Positions 21,500 to 35,686 of a stretch of 64,000 nucleotides of DNA are shown one piece after another. The stretch is from Malacoraja senta (lineage: Eukaryota). The stretch covers positions 111,910,001 to 111,974,000 of the forward strand of contig CM075977.1 in assembly GCA_038087875.1 (NCBI GenBank), read 5' to 3'. Position 1 is the stretch's first letter; every line of letters starts with the position of its first letter. The position numbers and the translations under genes are program-made. The notes under the pieces were generated by a model. That model did not search any database. It was not told the origin of the DNA and worked only from the letters and a program-made list of their open reading frames with translations.

Positions 21500-24400
21500 T
21501 AGCCTGAAGAAAGATCTCGACCCGAAACATCACCTATTTCTTTTCTCCAGAGATGCTGCCTGACCAGCTGAGTTCGTCCATCATTTTGTGTCTCTCTTTG
21601 GTTTAAACTAGTATCTGCAATTCCTTCCTTCAAACCTTTAGAGCAGTTTGTTTCAAGAAACAATCCTTCCAAAATAGCATTCAAAAGTCCATTTGAACTG
21701 CATTTGTTCAAGGTCTGGCATCAATCATAGGCTGTATTTGTTTTGCCTGGAGGAACTGCAGATGCTGGTTTACACCGAAGATAGACACAAAATGCTGGAG
21801 TAATTCAGCGGGACATGCAGCATTTCTGGAGAGAAGGAATGGGTGACGTTTCTGGTCGAGTCCCTTCTTCAGACTTAAAAAAACGTTTCGACCCTCCTCT
21901 CCAGAGATGCTGCCGGCTTGGCTGAGTTACTCCAGCTTTTTGTGTCTAGTAAGATTGTTTTATTCCCTTAATTTAACTCTCATCAAAACGTTGGTAAACT
22001 TCTAACAAAAATATTAGGTAAATTGAACATTAACGTTATTTTTCCCCCCGACAGCAAGGTCCGTAGACAGAGGGATAGCAGTGTGTCTCTCTCTACTCAC
22101 CCAGTATGTCCGTCAGAGCAGCAGTCCCACCGTCGCGACTTAAACTGTATAAAAAGCAGCGGCTCAATACATTGCTGATTGGACAGATCTGACCAGAAAC
22201 CACCCCTTTCACATTCACTCAAGCCCTGGGAAACAAAGTTTTCAGAGCCCTACAGTCACACAAGCCCGCCCGCAACTTCTGAATGAAAGACAAAGCTCAA
22301 ACTCTGCACCGAGGTCAGGATCGAACCCGGGTCTCCGGTGCTGCCAGGGTGCTCCCTCTCTCCCGTCCCTCTCTCTCCATGGGCAATCACTGCCAAAGTG
22401 TCTGCCCACACAATCAGTACACCTATCATACTCCTGTCTACAGTACTAAGCCACCCCAACTACCCCCATTTCCCCCGACTCCCATCCCCCCCCCTCCCAC
22501 CTTTCGCTCCCAACTCCCGTCCCGACCCCCTTGGAAACTGAAGGGAGCTACAATCAAATGTCAGACACAAGAAAGGGCAGATGCTAGGTGAAAAAGTGAC
22601 ACACGGTGCTGGAGTAAAAAAAAGACGCAGCAGAATTTTGGAAATGTCATCCCGTCACACATTCCTTCTCTCCAGAGATGCTGCTTGTCCCGCTGAGTTA
22701 AAGAGTGCCCACCGTAGACTCACAGTGGGACAGGCAGAATCTCTTGACAGAAGGAATGGGTGACTTTTCGGGTCGAGACCCTTCTTCAGACTGATGTCAG
22801 GGGTGTGCGCGGTGCAGAGTTAAAATGTATTTGGAGCCAGCAAGACTGGTAGGAGAACTGAGAAAGGAAGGGGATGGCAAGAGTGGAACAGCAAGGGCTG
22901 CTTAAAGTTAGAAAAGTCAATGTTCATACCGTTGGGGTGTCAGCTACCCAGGCGAAATATGAAGTACTGCTCCTCCAATTTGCACTGGGCCTTAATCTGA
23001 CAATGGAGGAGGCCTAGGACAGAAAAGACAGTGCGGGAATGGGAGGGTGAGTTACAGTGTTGATCAACCGGGAGATCAAGGAAGTTTAGGCGGACTTAGG
23101 CGAAATGATCGCCGAACCTACGCTTAGTCTCGCGGATATACAAGAGTCCACACCTGGAACAGCGGATACAGTAGATAAGGTTGGAGGAGGTGCAAGTGAA
23201 CCTCTGCCTCACCTGAAAAAAACTGTTGTGGTCCTTGGATGTCGTTGATGAGGAGGTATAGGGACAGGTGTTGCATCTCTAGCGGTACCTGGGGATAGGT
23301 GGCTTGGGTGGGAAGGGATGAGTTGGCCAAGGATTTGGAGGGGAGCAGTCTCTGCGGAAAGCAGAAAGGGTTGGAGATGGGATGACATGGCTAGTAGTGG
23401 GATCCTGTGGGAGATGAAGAAAATGTCGGAGGATTATGTGCTATATGCGGGAGCTGATGGGGTGGAAGCTGAGGACAAGGGAGGCTGTCCTTCTTACGAA
23501 TGGGGGGAGGGAGAGCAAGTGAGGAGCTGCAGGATGTCGACGAGACCCTAGTGAGAGGCTATTCAATTATGGAAGAGGGGATCCCCCACTCCCGGAACAA
23601 CGATGACATCACAGATGACCTGGTATACAAGACCTCATCGTGGGCGCAGTGCGGCGTAGGCAGAGGAATTAGAAGTAGGGGGGGGGAGTCTTTAAAGGAA
23701 ACAGGCTGGGAATGAGTATAGTCTTGATAGCAATGAGAGTCGGTGGGTTTGTCATAGATGTCAGTCGATAGCCTGTTTCCTGTGATGGTGACGGTCAGAT
23801 CAGGAAACGGCATGGAGATGTCGGAGATGGTCCAAGTGAATTTCAGTGCAGGATGGAAATTTGGTTGTGACGTTAGTAGTCAGTGAGTTCGGCATCGGTG
23901 CAGGAAGTGACTTGAGAGGTGGGTGATGGGGAGAAAAATATGTACACAAGAATGAGAAAGAGAGCGTGTGCAGGGTACTATGATTTAAAATTGGAGAAAT
24001 CGGTGTTTATACCGTTCCATTGTAAGATATAGAAACATAGAAACATAGAAATTAGGTGCAGGATTAGGCCATTCGGCCCTTCGAGCCTGCACCGCCATTC
24101 AATATGATCATGGCTGATCATCCAACTCAGTATCCCGTACCTGCCTTCTCTCCATACGCTCTGATCCCTTTAGCCACAAGGGCCACATCTAACTCCCTCT
24201 TAAATATAGCCAATGAACTGGCCTCAACTACCCTCTGTGGCAGAGAGTTCCAGAGATTCACCACTCTCTGTGTGAAAAAAGTTCTTCTCATCTCGGTTTT
24301 AAAGGGTTTCCCCCTTATCCTTAAGCTGTGACCCCTTGTCCTGGACTTCCCCAACATCGGGAGCAATCTTCCTGCATCTAGCCTGCCCAACCCCTTAAGA

Positions 24401-24920
24401 ATTGTGTACGTTTCTATAAGATCCCCTCTCAATCTCCTAAATTCTAGATAGTATAAACCAAGTCTATCCAGTCTTTCTTCATAAGACAGTCCTGACATAC
24501 CAAGAATCAGTCTGGTGATCGTCGGGTTCTGCTCTCCACTTTGCGTGTGGCCAAGATTGACAATGGAAGAGGCTCGGTATGGGAATGGGAAGGAGAGCTA
24601 AAGTGGCTGTGAACCTTTACGGAGAGAGCGTAAATGATCGTCATAACGGTCGCCTAGTGCACGCTTGGACTCACCAATGTACACGAATGAACATCATGGA
24701 AAACAAATGCTGCACGCGTGACCTGAAGATGTGCATGTGAATCTCAGTCTGACCTGGGACCACTGCTTTCGTGGCTGGTGGAAGTGAAACAGGAGGTGAC
24801 GGGCCAGGCGTTACATCCCATGCGGATGCAGGGGAAACGCTTGGGAGTGGTGCGGTTTCGGTGGGGAGAGATGAGCAGACCAAGCAACTGCGGACAACGT
24901 GGACTCTACGGTAAGCGGAA
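21500..24920 (-). mobile_element. Penelope-like element fragments (terminal repeats, GIY-YIG/RT region), interrupted by a SINE fragment and a CR1 insertion
   Basis: ORF 23559-23813 (PFPDLTVTITGNRLSTDIYDKPTDSH...) resembles the Penelope RT C-terminus. Repeated CTGAAGAAGGGTCTCGACCCGAAA motifs occur at 21504, 21845 and 22762. Confidence 0.7.
24029..24518 (-). mobile_element. Young 5'-truncated CR1 3' end inserted into Penelope
   Basis: ORF 24127-24498 is nearly identical to the C-terminus of 37816-38586. (TTTCTATG)n tail. Confidence 0.95.
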
Positions 24921-24929
24921 GGGACGGAA

Positions 24930-25975
24930 ACGGACAGATAGAGTCTTAGAGATATGGAGTGCTACCGTGTGCAAACAGGCCCTCCGGCCCAACTCGTCAA
25001 CACCGACCAACAATGTCCCAGCCACACATGTCCCACTTGCATGCGCTTGGTCCATAACCCGCCAAAACCTGTCCAATCCATGTACCTGTCCAACTGTTTC
25101 TTCAACGATGGATAGTCCCAGCCTCAACTACCTCCTCTGACAGATTGTTCCATACACTCACCACCCTTTGTGGGAAAAAGTTACCCATCGGATTCCTATT
25201 AAATCTTTTCCCCTTTACCTTGAACCTATGTCCTCGATTCCCCTATTCCCATGATTTTGTATACCTCTATAAGATCTCCCCTCATCCTCCTACACACAGC
25301 CTACTTAACCTCTCCCTATAGCTCACACCCTCTAGTCCAGGCAACATCCTCGTAAATCGTTTCTGAACCTCTTAAAGCTTGACAATATATTTCCTATAAC
25401 ATGGTGCCCAGAACTGAACACAATATTCTAAATGTGGTCTCACCAACGTATTATACAACTGCAACATGACCTCCGAACTTCTATACTCAATACTTTGACT
25501 GATGAAGGCCAAAGTGCCAAAAGCCATTTTGACCACCTTATCTACCTGCGACTCGACCTTCAAGGAACCATGCATTTGTACTCCTAGATCCCTCTGCTCT
25601 ACAACATTACCCAGAGTCCTACCATTTACTGTGTATCTCCTGCCATTGTTGACCGACCCAAAATGCAACACCTCACACTTCTCTGTATTAAATTACACCA
25701 ACCATTCCTCCACCCACCTGGCCATTCGATCCAGATCCTGCTGCAATCGTTCACAACTTTCTTCACTATCTGTTGTATCATCAGCAAACTTGCTAATTTT
25801 GCCCTGTATCTTCTCAACCAAATCATTGATGTAGATTACAAACAGTAACGGGCCCAGCACCGAACCCTGTGGCACACGACTAGTCACAGGCCTGCATTCT
25901 GAGAAGCAATCTTCCACCATCACCTTCTGTTTCAGTACTTCCTCGACGGGAACCTTGATAGCTCTCATGACACTT
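24930..25975 (-). mobile_element. CR1-type LINE 3' fragment of a second subfamily
   Basis: VPQGSVLGPLLFVIYINDL..KFADD, then QRDLGVQMHGSLK...RPHLEYCVQFW. Confidence 0.85.
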
Positions 25976-25984
25976 CCAGTGACT

Positions 25985-26380
25985 GGATGTGACTGGAGAT
26001 GAGATCACCTTGAAGATGTTGGAAATGTCGGAGAATTATATATTAGATATGCAGGCTGGTGTGGTAGAAAGCGACGTCCAGAGGAACATTATCCTTGTTC
26101 CGTCCGAGGAAGGGCGAGCGAGAGCTGAACTGCGAGACACAACTGCACCAGCTAAACCAAGGTTACTGAACTTAAAAGAGATTTCGCCTGTCGCTGGGTG
26201 AAAAGCGTTATCGTGGAGGTAGAAGTAGCTGAGACGGAAAAATCGAGAGTGAGGAATGGCGTCCTTGCAAGAGGCAGGTTGGAAGGATGCAGTCAAAGTA
26301 ACTGAGTGTCAGCGGGTATTAGGTGACTGTGCGTAAGCTATCTTTTGTGATGGAGACAGGGAGATCCTAAAGCCGAGTTC
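25985..26380 (-). mobile_element. Penelope-like RT fragment
   Basis: ASCKDAIPHSRFFRL...VSRSSALA motif in ORF 26036-26296. Confidence 0.65.
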
Positions 26381-27349
26381 AATCACAGAGATTGTCCTCG
26401 TGAATTTCCGTTGTTCAATTTCATTTCTCAATGTCAGTAACACTCTATGTATACGTGAAGCCAGTCAAGACCACATTACGTTCTGCCCGATTGTGAAAGT
26501 ATCTGACATTAAATCAGGGTGAATTGTCATCATTTATTCACATTTAAACTCTCTGACACGTCATTTTTACCATGTTATTCCGCATGGTACATGCTCCAGG
26601 GAAATAATTCTAACGCGATTTCATGACCAACAGAGTCGTACACTGAATAATATTTATAGTAACGGATCACGACTCGACACGAACATTAACCATTGGAGCA
26701 GGAGAGGCCATTTGGCCCTTGAAACAGGTTCAGCCTTCAAACTGATCATTGCTGATCGTCATGTATCGGAAATATTATTCAAAATATTATTAGATCCCTC
26801 CAACTCCCAGAACTCTATCTAGCAAATTTGTGAATGGATGTAATGAACATATATTCTATCTTTTAATCAATTGTACTTCTCACTTTCAGTTCAGAGTGGC
26901 TTTGGGTCCAAACTATCAGAAGAGCACAATTAAATTATGAATCCTAATGGCCCATTGGTTATCCAATTGCGTCGCCAGTTGAGGGTACGAGATACGTGTT
27001 GCTGGGCAGATCTTGGAGTTGTTAGTTCGCAGTCAGCAGCTCTGTTCATCGGGCTGGAATCAGTACATTCATGTCTCTAAATAATTTACAGGTGTTTCCG
27101 TTCTGTTACCTCCTGCTCTTTGCTAACGGTGGAGTGTTGGACTCTAGCCGCAAAATATGTGGGGCAAAGGTGAACTCAATTGGAATCAGAATAAACATGA
27201 ATAAAAATGAAATGTCATGCATTATTTAAAAAAATAACGCCTTAAAGGCGAGTTCTGCACCTAATAAAATTAAGTGAGACACAGATGCGGAAGGGACAAC
27301 GTAACATTTTGCACGATCATTCATGATCAACTTGAACGATCAATAAGCA

Positions 27350-28730
27350 ATAATGCAATAGCAAGGAAAGATATTAGTTTGGATGTTGTAAAATCGGTAT
27401 GGTGCGAAATAGTCGAGGGCAGAAAACGCTTGTTGGAGTAGTATACAGACCATCAAACAGCAGGATGGAGGTTCGGGATAGCATCAATCAGGAAATTAGG
27501 GACGCATGCACCAAAGATACAGTGGTTATCATGGGTGACTATAATTTACCTACAGATTGGGCCAAACAAATTGGTAACAGTGCTGAGGAGGATTTCCAGG
27601 AATGTATACGGGATGGGTTTTTAAACCAATATGTAGAGGAACCGACTAGAGGGCAGGCCATCGTAGACTGGGTATTCTGTAACGAGGAAGGATAAGTTAG
27701 CGATCTTGGTGTGCAAGGCCCCTTGGGCAACCTTGACCATAATATAGGTGGAATTCCGCATGGAAATTGACACGGCTAATTTTCAGAGACTCGCTTCCTA
27801 AACTTGAATAAAGAAGATGTTGAGGTATGAGACGGGGGCTGGCTAGGATAGATTGGTAAATTATCCTTAAAGTGTATAGGTGACAGCGGAAATGCAATGG
27901 CGAAGATTTAAAGACCGCTTGGATGAACTCCAGAAATTGTCACAGAGTCATTGAGTGATACAGTGTGGAAACGGGCCCTTCGGCCCAATTCGCCCACATC
28001 GGCCAACAATGCCCCGGCTACACTAGTCCCACTTGCTTGCGCTGGTGAATATCCCTCCTATCCATGTCCTATCAATGTACCTCTCTAACTGTCTTTTAAA
28101 CGATGGGATAGTCCCAGCCTCAAATACATCCTCTGGCAGCTTGTTCCATACACTCACCACCTTTGTGTGAAAATGTTACACACAATGTTACACTCGGATT
28201 CCTGTTAATTCATTTCCCCTTTACCTTGAACCTATGTCCTCTGGTCCTCGATGCCCCCACTCTGGGCACAAGACTCGGTGCATCTTCCCGATCTATTCTT
28301 CTCATGATTTTGTATACCTCTAGAAGATCGCCCCTCCTCATCCTCTTGTGCTCCACGGCGAAAGAATAAAACTGGCAAGGCGGCTTAACCGTGGCTGAGA
28401 GAGGGAAGACAAGGATAGTGTTAAAGCCAAGGAAGAGGCATATAAATTCGCCAGAAGAAGCGGCAAATCAGGGGACTGGGAGAAATTTGGAAATCAACAG
28501 AGGAGGACAAAGAGGTTAATTAATAAGGGGGAAGAGCATGAAAGAAAGCTTGCGGGGAATATAAAAACTGACTGTAAAAGTTTATTTAGGTATGAAAAAA
28601 GAAAAAGATTAGCGAAGACGAATGTAGGTCCCTTACAGTCAGAGGCAGGTGAATTTATAATGAGAAACAAAGAAATCGCAGAACAGTTAAACTAGTATTT
28701 TGATTCTGTCTTCACTAAGAAACCTAGGTA
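27350..28730 (+). mobile_element. CR1 endonuclease/linker fragments with an inverted CR1 3' fragment (27950-28320) inside
   Basis: GQKTLVGVVYRPSN..IMGDYN..VEEPTRGQAIVDWV on +. A minus-strand 3' UTR fragment intervenes. Confidence 0.75.
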
Positions 28731-28749
28731 ACAATGACATAGGTAGAAA

Positions 28750-31700
28750 AAGAGAAGAGGTCCTGAAAGGACAATTTAGGGAGTTAGGAGGATAGTTAAG
28801 GAGAAGGACCGCAAAGGTAACAATCTCGGGATTACTGCCTGTGCCACGCGACAGTGAGAGTAGGAATGGAGCGAGGTGGAGGATAAATGCGTGGCTGAAG
28901 GACTGGTGCATAGGGCAGGGATTCAAGTTTCTGGATCATTGGGACCTCTTTTGTGGAAGGTGTGACCTGTACAAAAAGGACGGGTTGCACTTGAACCCGA
29001 GGGGGGCCAATATCCTGGCAGGGAGATTTGCAAACGCTACTGCGGAGACTTTAAACTAGAACGGTTGGGGGGAGGGACTCAAATAGAGAAAGCTAATAGA
29101 CAGTGTGTGAGGCAGGAGGCAGAGACGGGAAGAACTCAGACCCAACATGTAGGGGGGAATAAGGAAAATAATAATAAACAGCGAATAAGAGGTGGTGGGT
29201 TTCTTAAATGTGTGAGCAGAGAGACAGAGGGGGTGTAAAATGAGGGTAGAAGCAATAGGTAGCAAGGTGAAAAATAAAAGTCGCAGGCAGACAAATCCAG
29301 GGCAAAAATCAAAAAGGGCCACTTTTCAACATAATTGTACAAGGGGTAAGAGCGTTGTAAAAACAAGCCTGAAGGCTTTGTGTCTCAATGCAAGGAGCAT
29401 TCGTAATAAGGTGGATGATTTGAATGTGCAGATAGCTATTAATGATTATGATATAGTTGGGATCACGGAGACATGGCTCCAGGATGACCAAGGCTGGGAG
29501 CTGAACATCCAGAGATGTTCAACATTCAGGAGGAATAGACAGAAAGGAAAATGAGGTGGGGTAGCGTTGCTGGTTAGAGAGGAGATTAGCGCAATGGAAA
29601 GGAAGGACATTAGCTTGGAGGATGTGGAATCGATATGGGTAGAGCTACGAAACACTAAGGGGCAGAAAACGCCAGTGGGAGTTGTGTACAGTCCACCTAA
29701 CAGTAGTAGTGGAGTTGGGGATGGCATCAAACAGGAAATTAGAAATGCGTGCAACAAAGGTAAAACATGTATAATGGGTGACTTCAATCTATATATAGAT
29801 TGGGTGAATCAAATTGGCAGGGGTGCTGCTTAAGAGGATTTCATGGAATGTATGCGGGATAGTTTTCTAAACCAACATGTAGAGAAACCAACGAGAGAGC
29901 AGGCTATTCTAGACTGGGTATTGAGTAATGAGGATGGGTTAGTAAGCAGTCTTGTTATGCGTGGCCCCTTGGGCAAGAGTGACCATAATATGGTTGAGTT
30001 CTTCATTAGGATGGAGAGTGACATTGTTAATTCAAAAACAAGGGTTCTGAACTTAAAGAAAGGTAACGTTGAGTGTATGAGACGTGAATTGGCCAAGATT
30101 GACTGGCAATTGTTTCTTAATGGGTTGACGGTGGACATGCAATGGAAGGCATTTACAGAATGCATGGATGAACTACAACAATTGTTCATCCTAGTTTGGC
30201 AAAATAATAAATCAGGGAAGGTAGTGCATCTGTGGATAACAAGGGAAATCAGGGATAGTATCAAAACAAAAGATGAAGCGTACAAATTAGCCAGAAAAAG
30301 CAGCCTACCAGAGTACTGGGAGATATTCAGAGTCCAGCAGAGGAGGACAAAGGGCTTAATTACGAAAGGGAAAATAGAATATGAAAGAAAACTGGCAGGG
30401 ATCATAAAAACTGACTGCAAACATTTTTATAGATATGTGAAGAGAAAGAGATTAGTTAAAACAAATGTAGGTCCCTTGCAATCAGAAACGGGTGAATTGA
30501 TCACGGGGAACAAGGACATGGCAGACCAATTGAATAACCACTTTGGTTCTGTCTTCACTATGGAAGACATAAATAATCTGCGGGAAATAGCAGGGGACCG
30601 CGGGTCAAATGAGATGGAGGAACTGAGTGAAATCCAGGTTAGCCGGGAAGTGGTGTTAGGTAAATTGAATGGATTAAAGGCCGATAAATCCCCAGGGCCA
30701 GATAGGCTGCATCCCAGAGTACTTAAGGCAGTAGCCCCGGAAATAGTGGATGCATTAGTGATAATTTTTCAAAACTCCTTAGATTCTGGAGTATTTCCTG
30801 AGGATTGGAGGGTAGCTAATGTAACTCCACTTTTTAAAAAGGGAGGGAGAGAGAAAACGGGGAATTACAGACCAATTAGTCTACCATCGGTAGTGGGGAA
30901 ACTGCTAGAGTCAGTTATTAAAGATGGGATAGCAGCACATTTGGAAAGTGGTGAAATCATTGGACAAAGTAAGCATGGATTTACGAAAGGTAAATCATGT
31001 CTGACGAATCTTAAAGAAATTTTCGAGGATGTAACTAGTAGAGTCGATAAGGGAGAACCAGTGGATGTGTTATATCTGTACCTTCAGAAGGCTTTCGACA
31101 AGGTCCCACATAAGAGATTAGGATACAAACGTAAAGCACACGGTATTGGGGGTTCAGAATTGATGTGGATAGAGAACTGGCTGGCAAACAGGAAGCAAAG
31201 AGTAGGAGTAAAGGGGTCCTTTTCAGAATGACAGGCAGTGACTAGTGGGGTACCGCAAAGCTCAGTGCTGGGACCCCAGCTATTTACAATATATATTAAT
31301 GATTTGGACGAGGGAATCGAATGCAATATCTCCAAGTTTGCGGATGACACGAAGCTGGGGGGCAGTATTAGCTGTGAGGAGGATGCTAGGAGGCTGCAAG
31401 GTGACTTGGATAGGCTGGGTGAGTGGGCAAACGCATGGCAGATGCAGTATAATGTGGATAAATGTGAGGTTATCCACTTTGGTGGCAAAAACAGGAAAGT
31501 AGACTATTATCTAAATGGTGGCCAATTAGGAAAAGGGGAGATGCAACGAGACCTGGGTGTCATGGTACACCAGTCATTGAAAGTAGGCATGCAGGTGCAG
31601 CAGGCAGTGCAGAAAGCGAATGGTATGTTAGCATTCATAGCAAAAGGATTTGAGTACAGGAGCAGGGAGGTTCTACTGCAGTTGTACAGGGTCTTGGTGA

Positions 31701-32210
31701 GACACCTGTAGTATTGCGTACAGTTTTGGTCTCCAAATCTGAGGAAAGACATTCTTGCCATAGAGGGAGTACAGAGAAGGTTCACCAGACTGATTCCTGG
31801 GATTTTAGGACTTTCATATGAAGAATGACTGGATAAACTCGGCTTGTACTCGCTAGAATTTAGAAGATTGAGGGGGGATCTTATGGAAACTTACAAAATT
31901 CTTATGGGGTTGGACAGGCTAGATGCAGGAAAATTGTTCCCGGTGTTGGGGAAGTCCAGGACAATGGGTCACACTTTAAGGATAAATGGGAAATCCTTTA
32001 CGACCGAGATGAGAAAAACATTTTTCACACAGAGAGTGGTGAATCTCTGGAACTCTCTGCCACAGAAGGTAGTTGAGGCCAGTTCATTGGCTATACAAGA
32101 GGGAGTTAGATGTGGCCCTTATGGCTAAAGGGATCAGGGGGTATGGAGAGAAGGCAGGTACAGGATACTGCTCCTGCACCGATTTTCTATGTTTCTAAGT
32201 TTCTATGAAA
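28750..32210 (+). mobile_element. CR1 LINE (end of ORF1, APE and RT), frameshifted
   Basis: Esterase C-terminus (FLDHWDLF..KDGLHLN), APE (CLNARSIRNK..GITETWL), the 462-aa ORF 29843-31231, RT motifs and a (TTTCTATG)n tail near 32190. Confidence 0.93.
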
Positions 32211-33950
32211 GACACAAACAATCCCTCGGAAATAATAGGGGAGCGAGGATTTAATGGGAGGGACGAACTAAAGGGAATCCACATTATTCAGAAAATTGTG
32301 TTAGGTAAACTGTTGGGACGGTAGGCAGATAAATCCCATGGGCGTGATGGTCTGCATACCAGACCCCACAATGAGATGGCCCTAGAAATCGTGGATGCAT
32401 TAGTGGTCATTTTTCACTGTTCTCTCGAATCGGGATCAGTTCCTCTGGACAGGAGAGTAGCCAGTGTAACTGCACTTTTTAAGCAAGGGGGAGGGAGAAA
32501 ACGAGGAATTATAGAAAACGAGGAATAATAGCCTTACATCCGTAGTGGGGAAGATGCTTGTGTCGATTATTAAAGATGTTATAGCTGCGCATTTGGAAAG
32601 CAGTGACGGGATCGGTCAAAGTCAGCATGGATTTATGAAAGGGAAATCACGCTTGACTAATCTTTTGGAAAATTTTGAGGATGTAACAAGAAGAATGGAT
32701 AAGGGAGAGCCAGTGGATGTGGTGTATCTGGACTTGACGAAAGCCTTTGACAAGGGCCCACACAAGCGATTAGTGGGCACAATTAGAGCAATTGGTATTG
32801 GGGGTAGGGTATTGACATGGATTGACTACTTGTTAGCAGACAGGAAGCAAAGAATAGGAATTAACGGGTAGTTTTCAGAATGGCAGGCGGTGACTAGTGG
32901 TGCGCTGCAAGGCTCGGTGCTGGGACCCCCATTGTTTACAATATATTTGAACGATTTAGACAAGGGAATTAAATGTAACATCTCTAAGTTTGCGGGTGAT
33001 ACAAAGCTGGGTGGCAGTGTGGGCTGCGAGGTAGATGCTATGAGGCTGCTGGACATATAGCATCTTGTATAGATTGGGTGAATGGGCAGAAGCACGGCAG
33101 ATGCAGCATAATGTGGATACTTGTGAAGTTATCCACTTATGTGGCAAGAAAAGGAAGGTAGATTATTATCTGAATGGTGTAAGAGTAGGAGAAGGAGAGG
33201 TGAAACGAGACCTAGCTGTGCTTGTACATCAGTCACCGAAAGTACGCATGCAGGTACGGCAGTCAGTGGAGAAAGCAAATGGCATGTTGGCCTTCATAGC
33301 GAGAGGATTTGAATTTAGGAGCAAGGTGGTCCTACTGCAGGTGTACAGAGCCCTGGTGAGACCGCACCTGGAGTATAGCTTGCAATTTACATCTCCCAAT
33401 TTGAGTAAGGACATTATTGCTATTAAGGGAGTGCAGAATAGGTTCCGCATGTTAATTCCCTGGATGGCGGGACTGATGTATGATGAAAGAATGCGTCGAT
33501 TGGGCTTGCATTCGCTGTAATTTAAAAGGATGAGAGGGAATCATGTAGAACATACACAATTCTCAGTGCTTTTGGACAGGGTAGATGCACGCATAATGGT
33601 GCCGATGTTGGGGGAGTCCAGAACCAGGGGTCATAGTTTAAGATTAAGGGATAGGCCATTTCGGACTGAGATGAGGAAAAACCTTTTCACCCAGAGAGAT
33701 GTGAACCTGTGGAATTCTCTGCCACAGAAGGCAAGGCAGGCCAATTCACTGGATGTTTTCAAGAGAGGGTTGGATTTAGCTCTTAAGGCTAAATGAATCA
33801 AGGGATATGAGGAAAATGCTAGAACGGAGTACTGATTTTGGATGATCAGCAATTATCATATCGAATGGCGGTGTAGGCTCGAAGGGCCGAAAGGCCCAGT
33901 CCTGCACCTATTTTCTATGTTTTTTTATGTTTCTATGTTTCTAACCTGTA
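32210..33950 (+). mobile_element. Older CR1 RT/3' fragment directly following the previous copy
   Basis: QHGFMKGKS, YLDLTKAFDK and RPHLEYS motifs, with a tail at ~33915-33945. Confidence 0.85.
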
Positions 33951-34648
33951 AACTGAGATCGAACGGCTCACTCATGCAATTTATCTGTTACCTTTTGTCT
34001 ACATATGTTATAGCAAATTCATTTTAATTTGCTGTCATATCGATCAAGTTCCCCGTGTCTTCTACAAGACGACAGTAGTCCATTAAATCGAAGTGGGAAA
34101 ACTAAATTAACTTTATTAACGCCTCATATTTCCCTCTAATTCTTTGTTTTAATGTGGCTCTGCACAGATGGTCTTTATTATCATAAGAGTGCGCATGGAA
34201 TAAATGATAAAAATGACAAATAGCAAAAGGAATGAATGTACTTAAGATTCTGCCGAACCAGATTAACCCCCACATGTATATTATCTGTGGCGAAATTGTG
34301 AACGATGGGCAAGAGCTCACCATGTAACTGAAAGGAAACACCTGTGTCAATCGTGCTGCTAAATTTACGAGGCGCTTTCAGTCAGCTGCTCAAACACTGA
34401 AAACTCTGATGGTGAATTACAACTAACAGAATTTAAAAAAACGACCTCGCAATCTATATCTCGCAAACTTCCAGCTACAAATCAGGCAATTTATCCGTCA
34501 ATTTAAGCAAGACGGCTCTTAGCGAGCAGCCTTGTGAGGGAAGTGCCCTGTGAGTAAAGTGTGAGTCTTTGGCTCGAGAGTCTTCGGCAAGGAGGCTGAG
34601 GAGAGGAGACGACGCAATACGCTTGAGAGGTAGAGACGAAAGAAGGAG

Positions 34649-35551
34649 ATGTCAGGCAAGCTGATTCAGTGCGATGCTTGCAGTATGTGGGAGGTCAAGG
34701 ACACTGCTGGTGCTTCTGGCTGCTACAAATGCGAGAAGTGCATCCAGGTAGAGCTCCTGAAGGGCCGTGTTGGGGAACTGGAGAAGCAAGTGGATGACCT
34801 CCGGTTCGTCCGAGAAACGGAGTCGTTCCTCGACAAGTCCTACAGTACGATTGTTACACCTAAGGTACTGGAAGAGAGAAGGTGGGAGACGGTGAGAAAG
34901 GGAGGGAAGCATGGAATGCCAACGTCCCCGGGTGTTGTACCTCTTGTGAACAGGTTCACCCACTTAGAAGCTGTTGGGACAGAAGACGTGTTTACACTGA
35001 GCGGCGGACTGGCTTGCGATGCGAATAGGGCTGTTGAGCCAAAACCAAAAAGGCCTAAGGCAGGCAACGCCATTGTAGTGGGAGACTCCATTGTGAGAGG
35101 TACGGACAGGGGTTTCTGTGGCAACAGACGGGATGCGAGGATGGTGTGCTGCCTTCCTGGTGCCAGGATCCAGGATGTCACGGACAGAGTGCAGAAAATC
35201 CTCAAGGGCGAAGGTGAACATCCGGAAGTGGTAGTGCATGTCGGCACAAACGATGTCGGAAAGAAGGGGATGAATATTCTGCAGCGTGACTTTAGAGAGC
35301 TCGGAAAAATGCTGAAAAGCAGGACCTCCAGGGTTGTTATCTCCGGTTTGCTTCCAGTTCCTCGTGCTGGCGAGAGCAGGAACAGGGAGATACGGGACCT
35401 GAACGTGTGGCTCAGGAACTGGTGCACGGGGCAGGGGTTTAGATTCTTAGATCACTGGGATCTGTTTTGGGGTAAGGGGGAACTGTACAAAAGGGACGGA
35501 TTGCATCTGGCAGGCAGGTTTGCCACTGCTACACGGGTGGTTTTAAACTGA
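34649..35551 (+). CDS. CR1 ORF1p: zinc finger + coiled coil + SGNH/GDSL esterase
   Basis: Open 300 aa: CDAC...CEKC, heptad VELLKGRVGELEKQVDDL, VVGDSIVRG, VHVGTNDV and RDGLHL. Confidence 0.9.
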   Translation: MSGKLIQCDACSMWEVKDTAGASGCYKCEKCIQVELLKGRVGELEKQVDDLRFVRETESFLDKSYSTIVTPKVLEERRWETVRKGGKHGMPTSPGVVPLVNRFTHLEAVGTEDVFTLSGGLACDANRAVEPKPKRPKAGNAIVVGDSIVRGTDRGFCGNRRDARMVCCLPGARIQDVTDRVQKILKGEGEHPEVVVHVGTNDVGKKGMNILQRDFRELGKMLKSRTSRVVISGLLPVPRAGESRNREIRDLNVWLRNWCTGQGFRFLDHWDLFWGKGELYKRDGLHLAGRFATATRVVLN

Positions 35552-35686
35552 ATAAGGGGGGTGGGGTGTCGAATGGGATAGTGGAGGATGGAGTTAAAGG
35601 GAAAGGGTTTCTTAAATGTGTGAGCGTAGAGACAGAGGAGTGTAAAATGAGGGTAGAAGCAATAGGTAGCAAGGTGAAAAGTAAAA

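Noticed and set aside
34840-35427. Long antisense ORFs over CR1 and L1 coding regions (e.g. 195 aa here, 29830-30420, 37381-37887)
   Set aside because: Shadow frames of retroelement ORFs.
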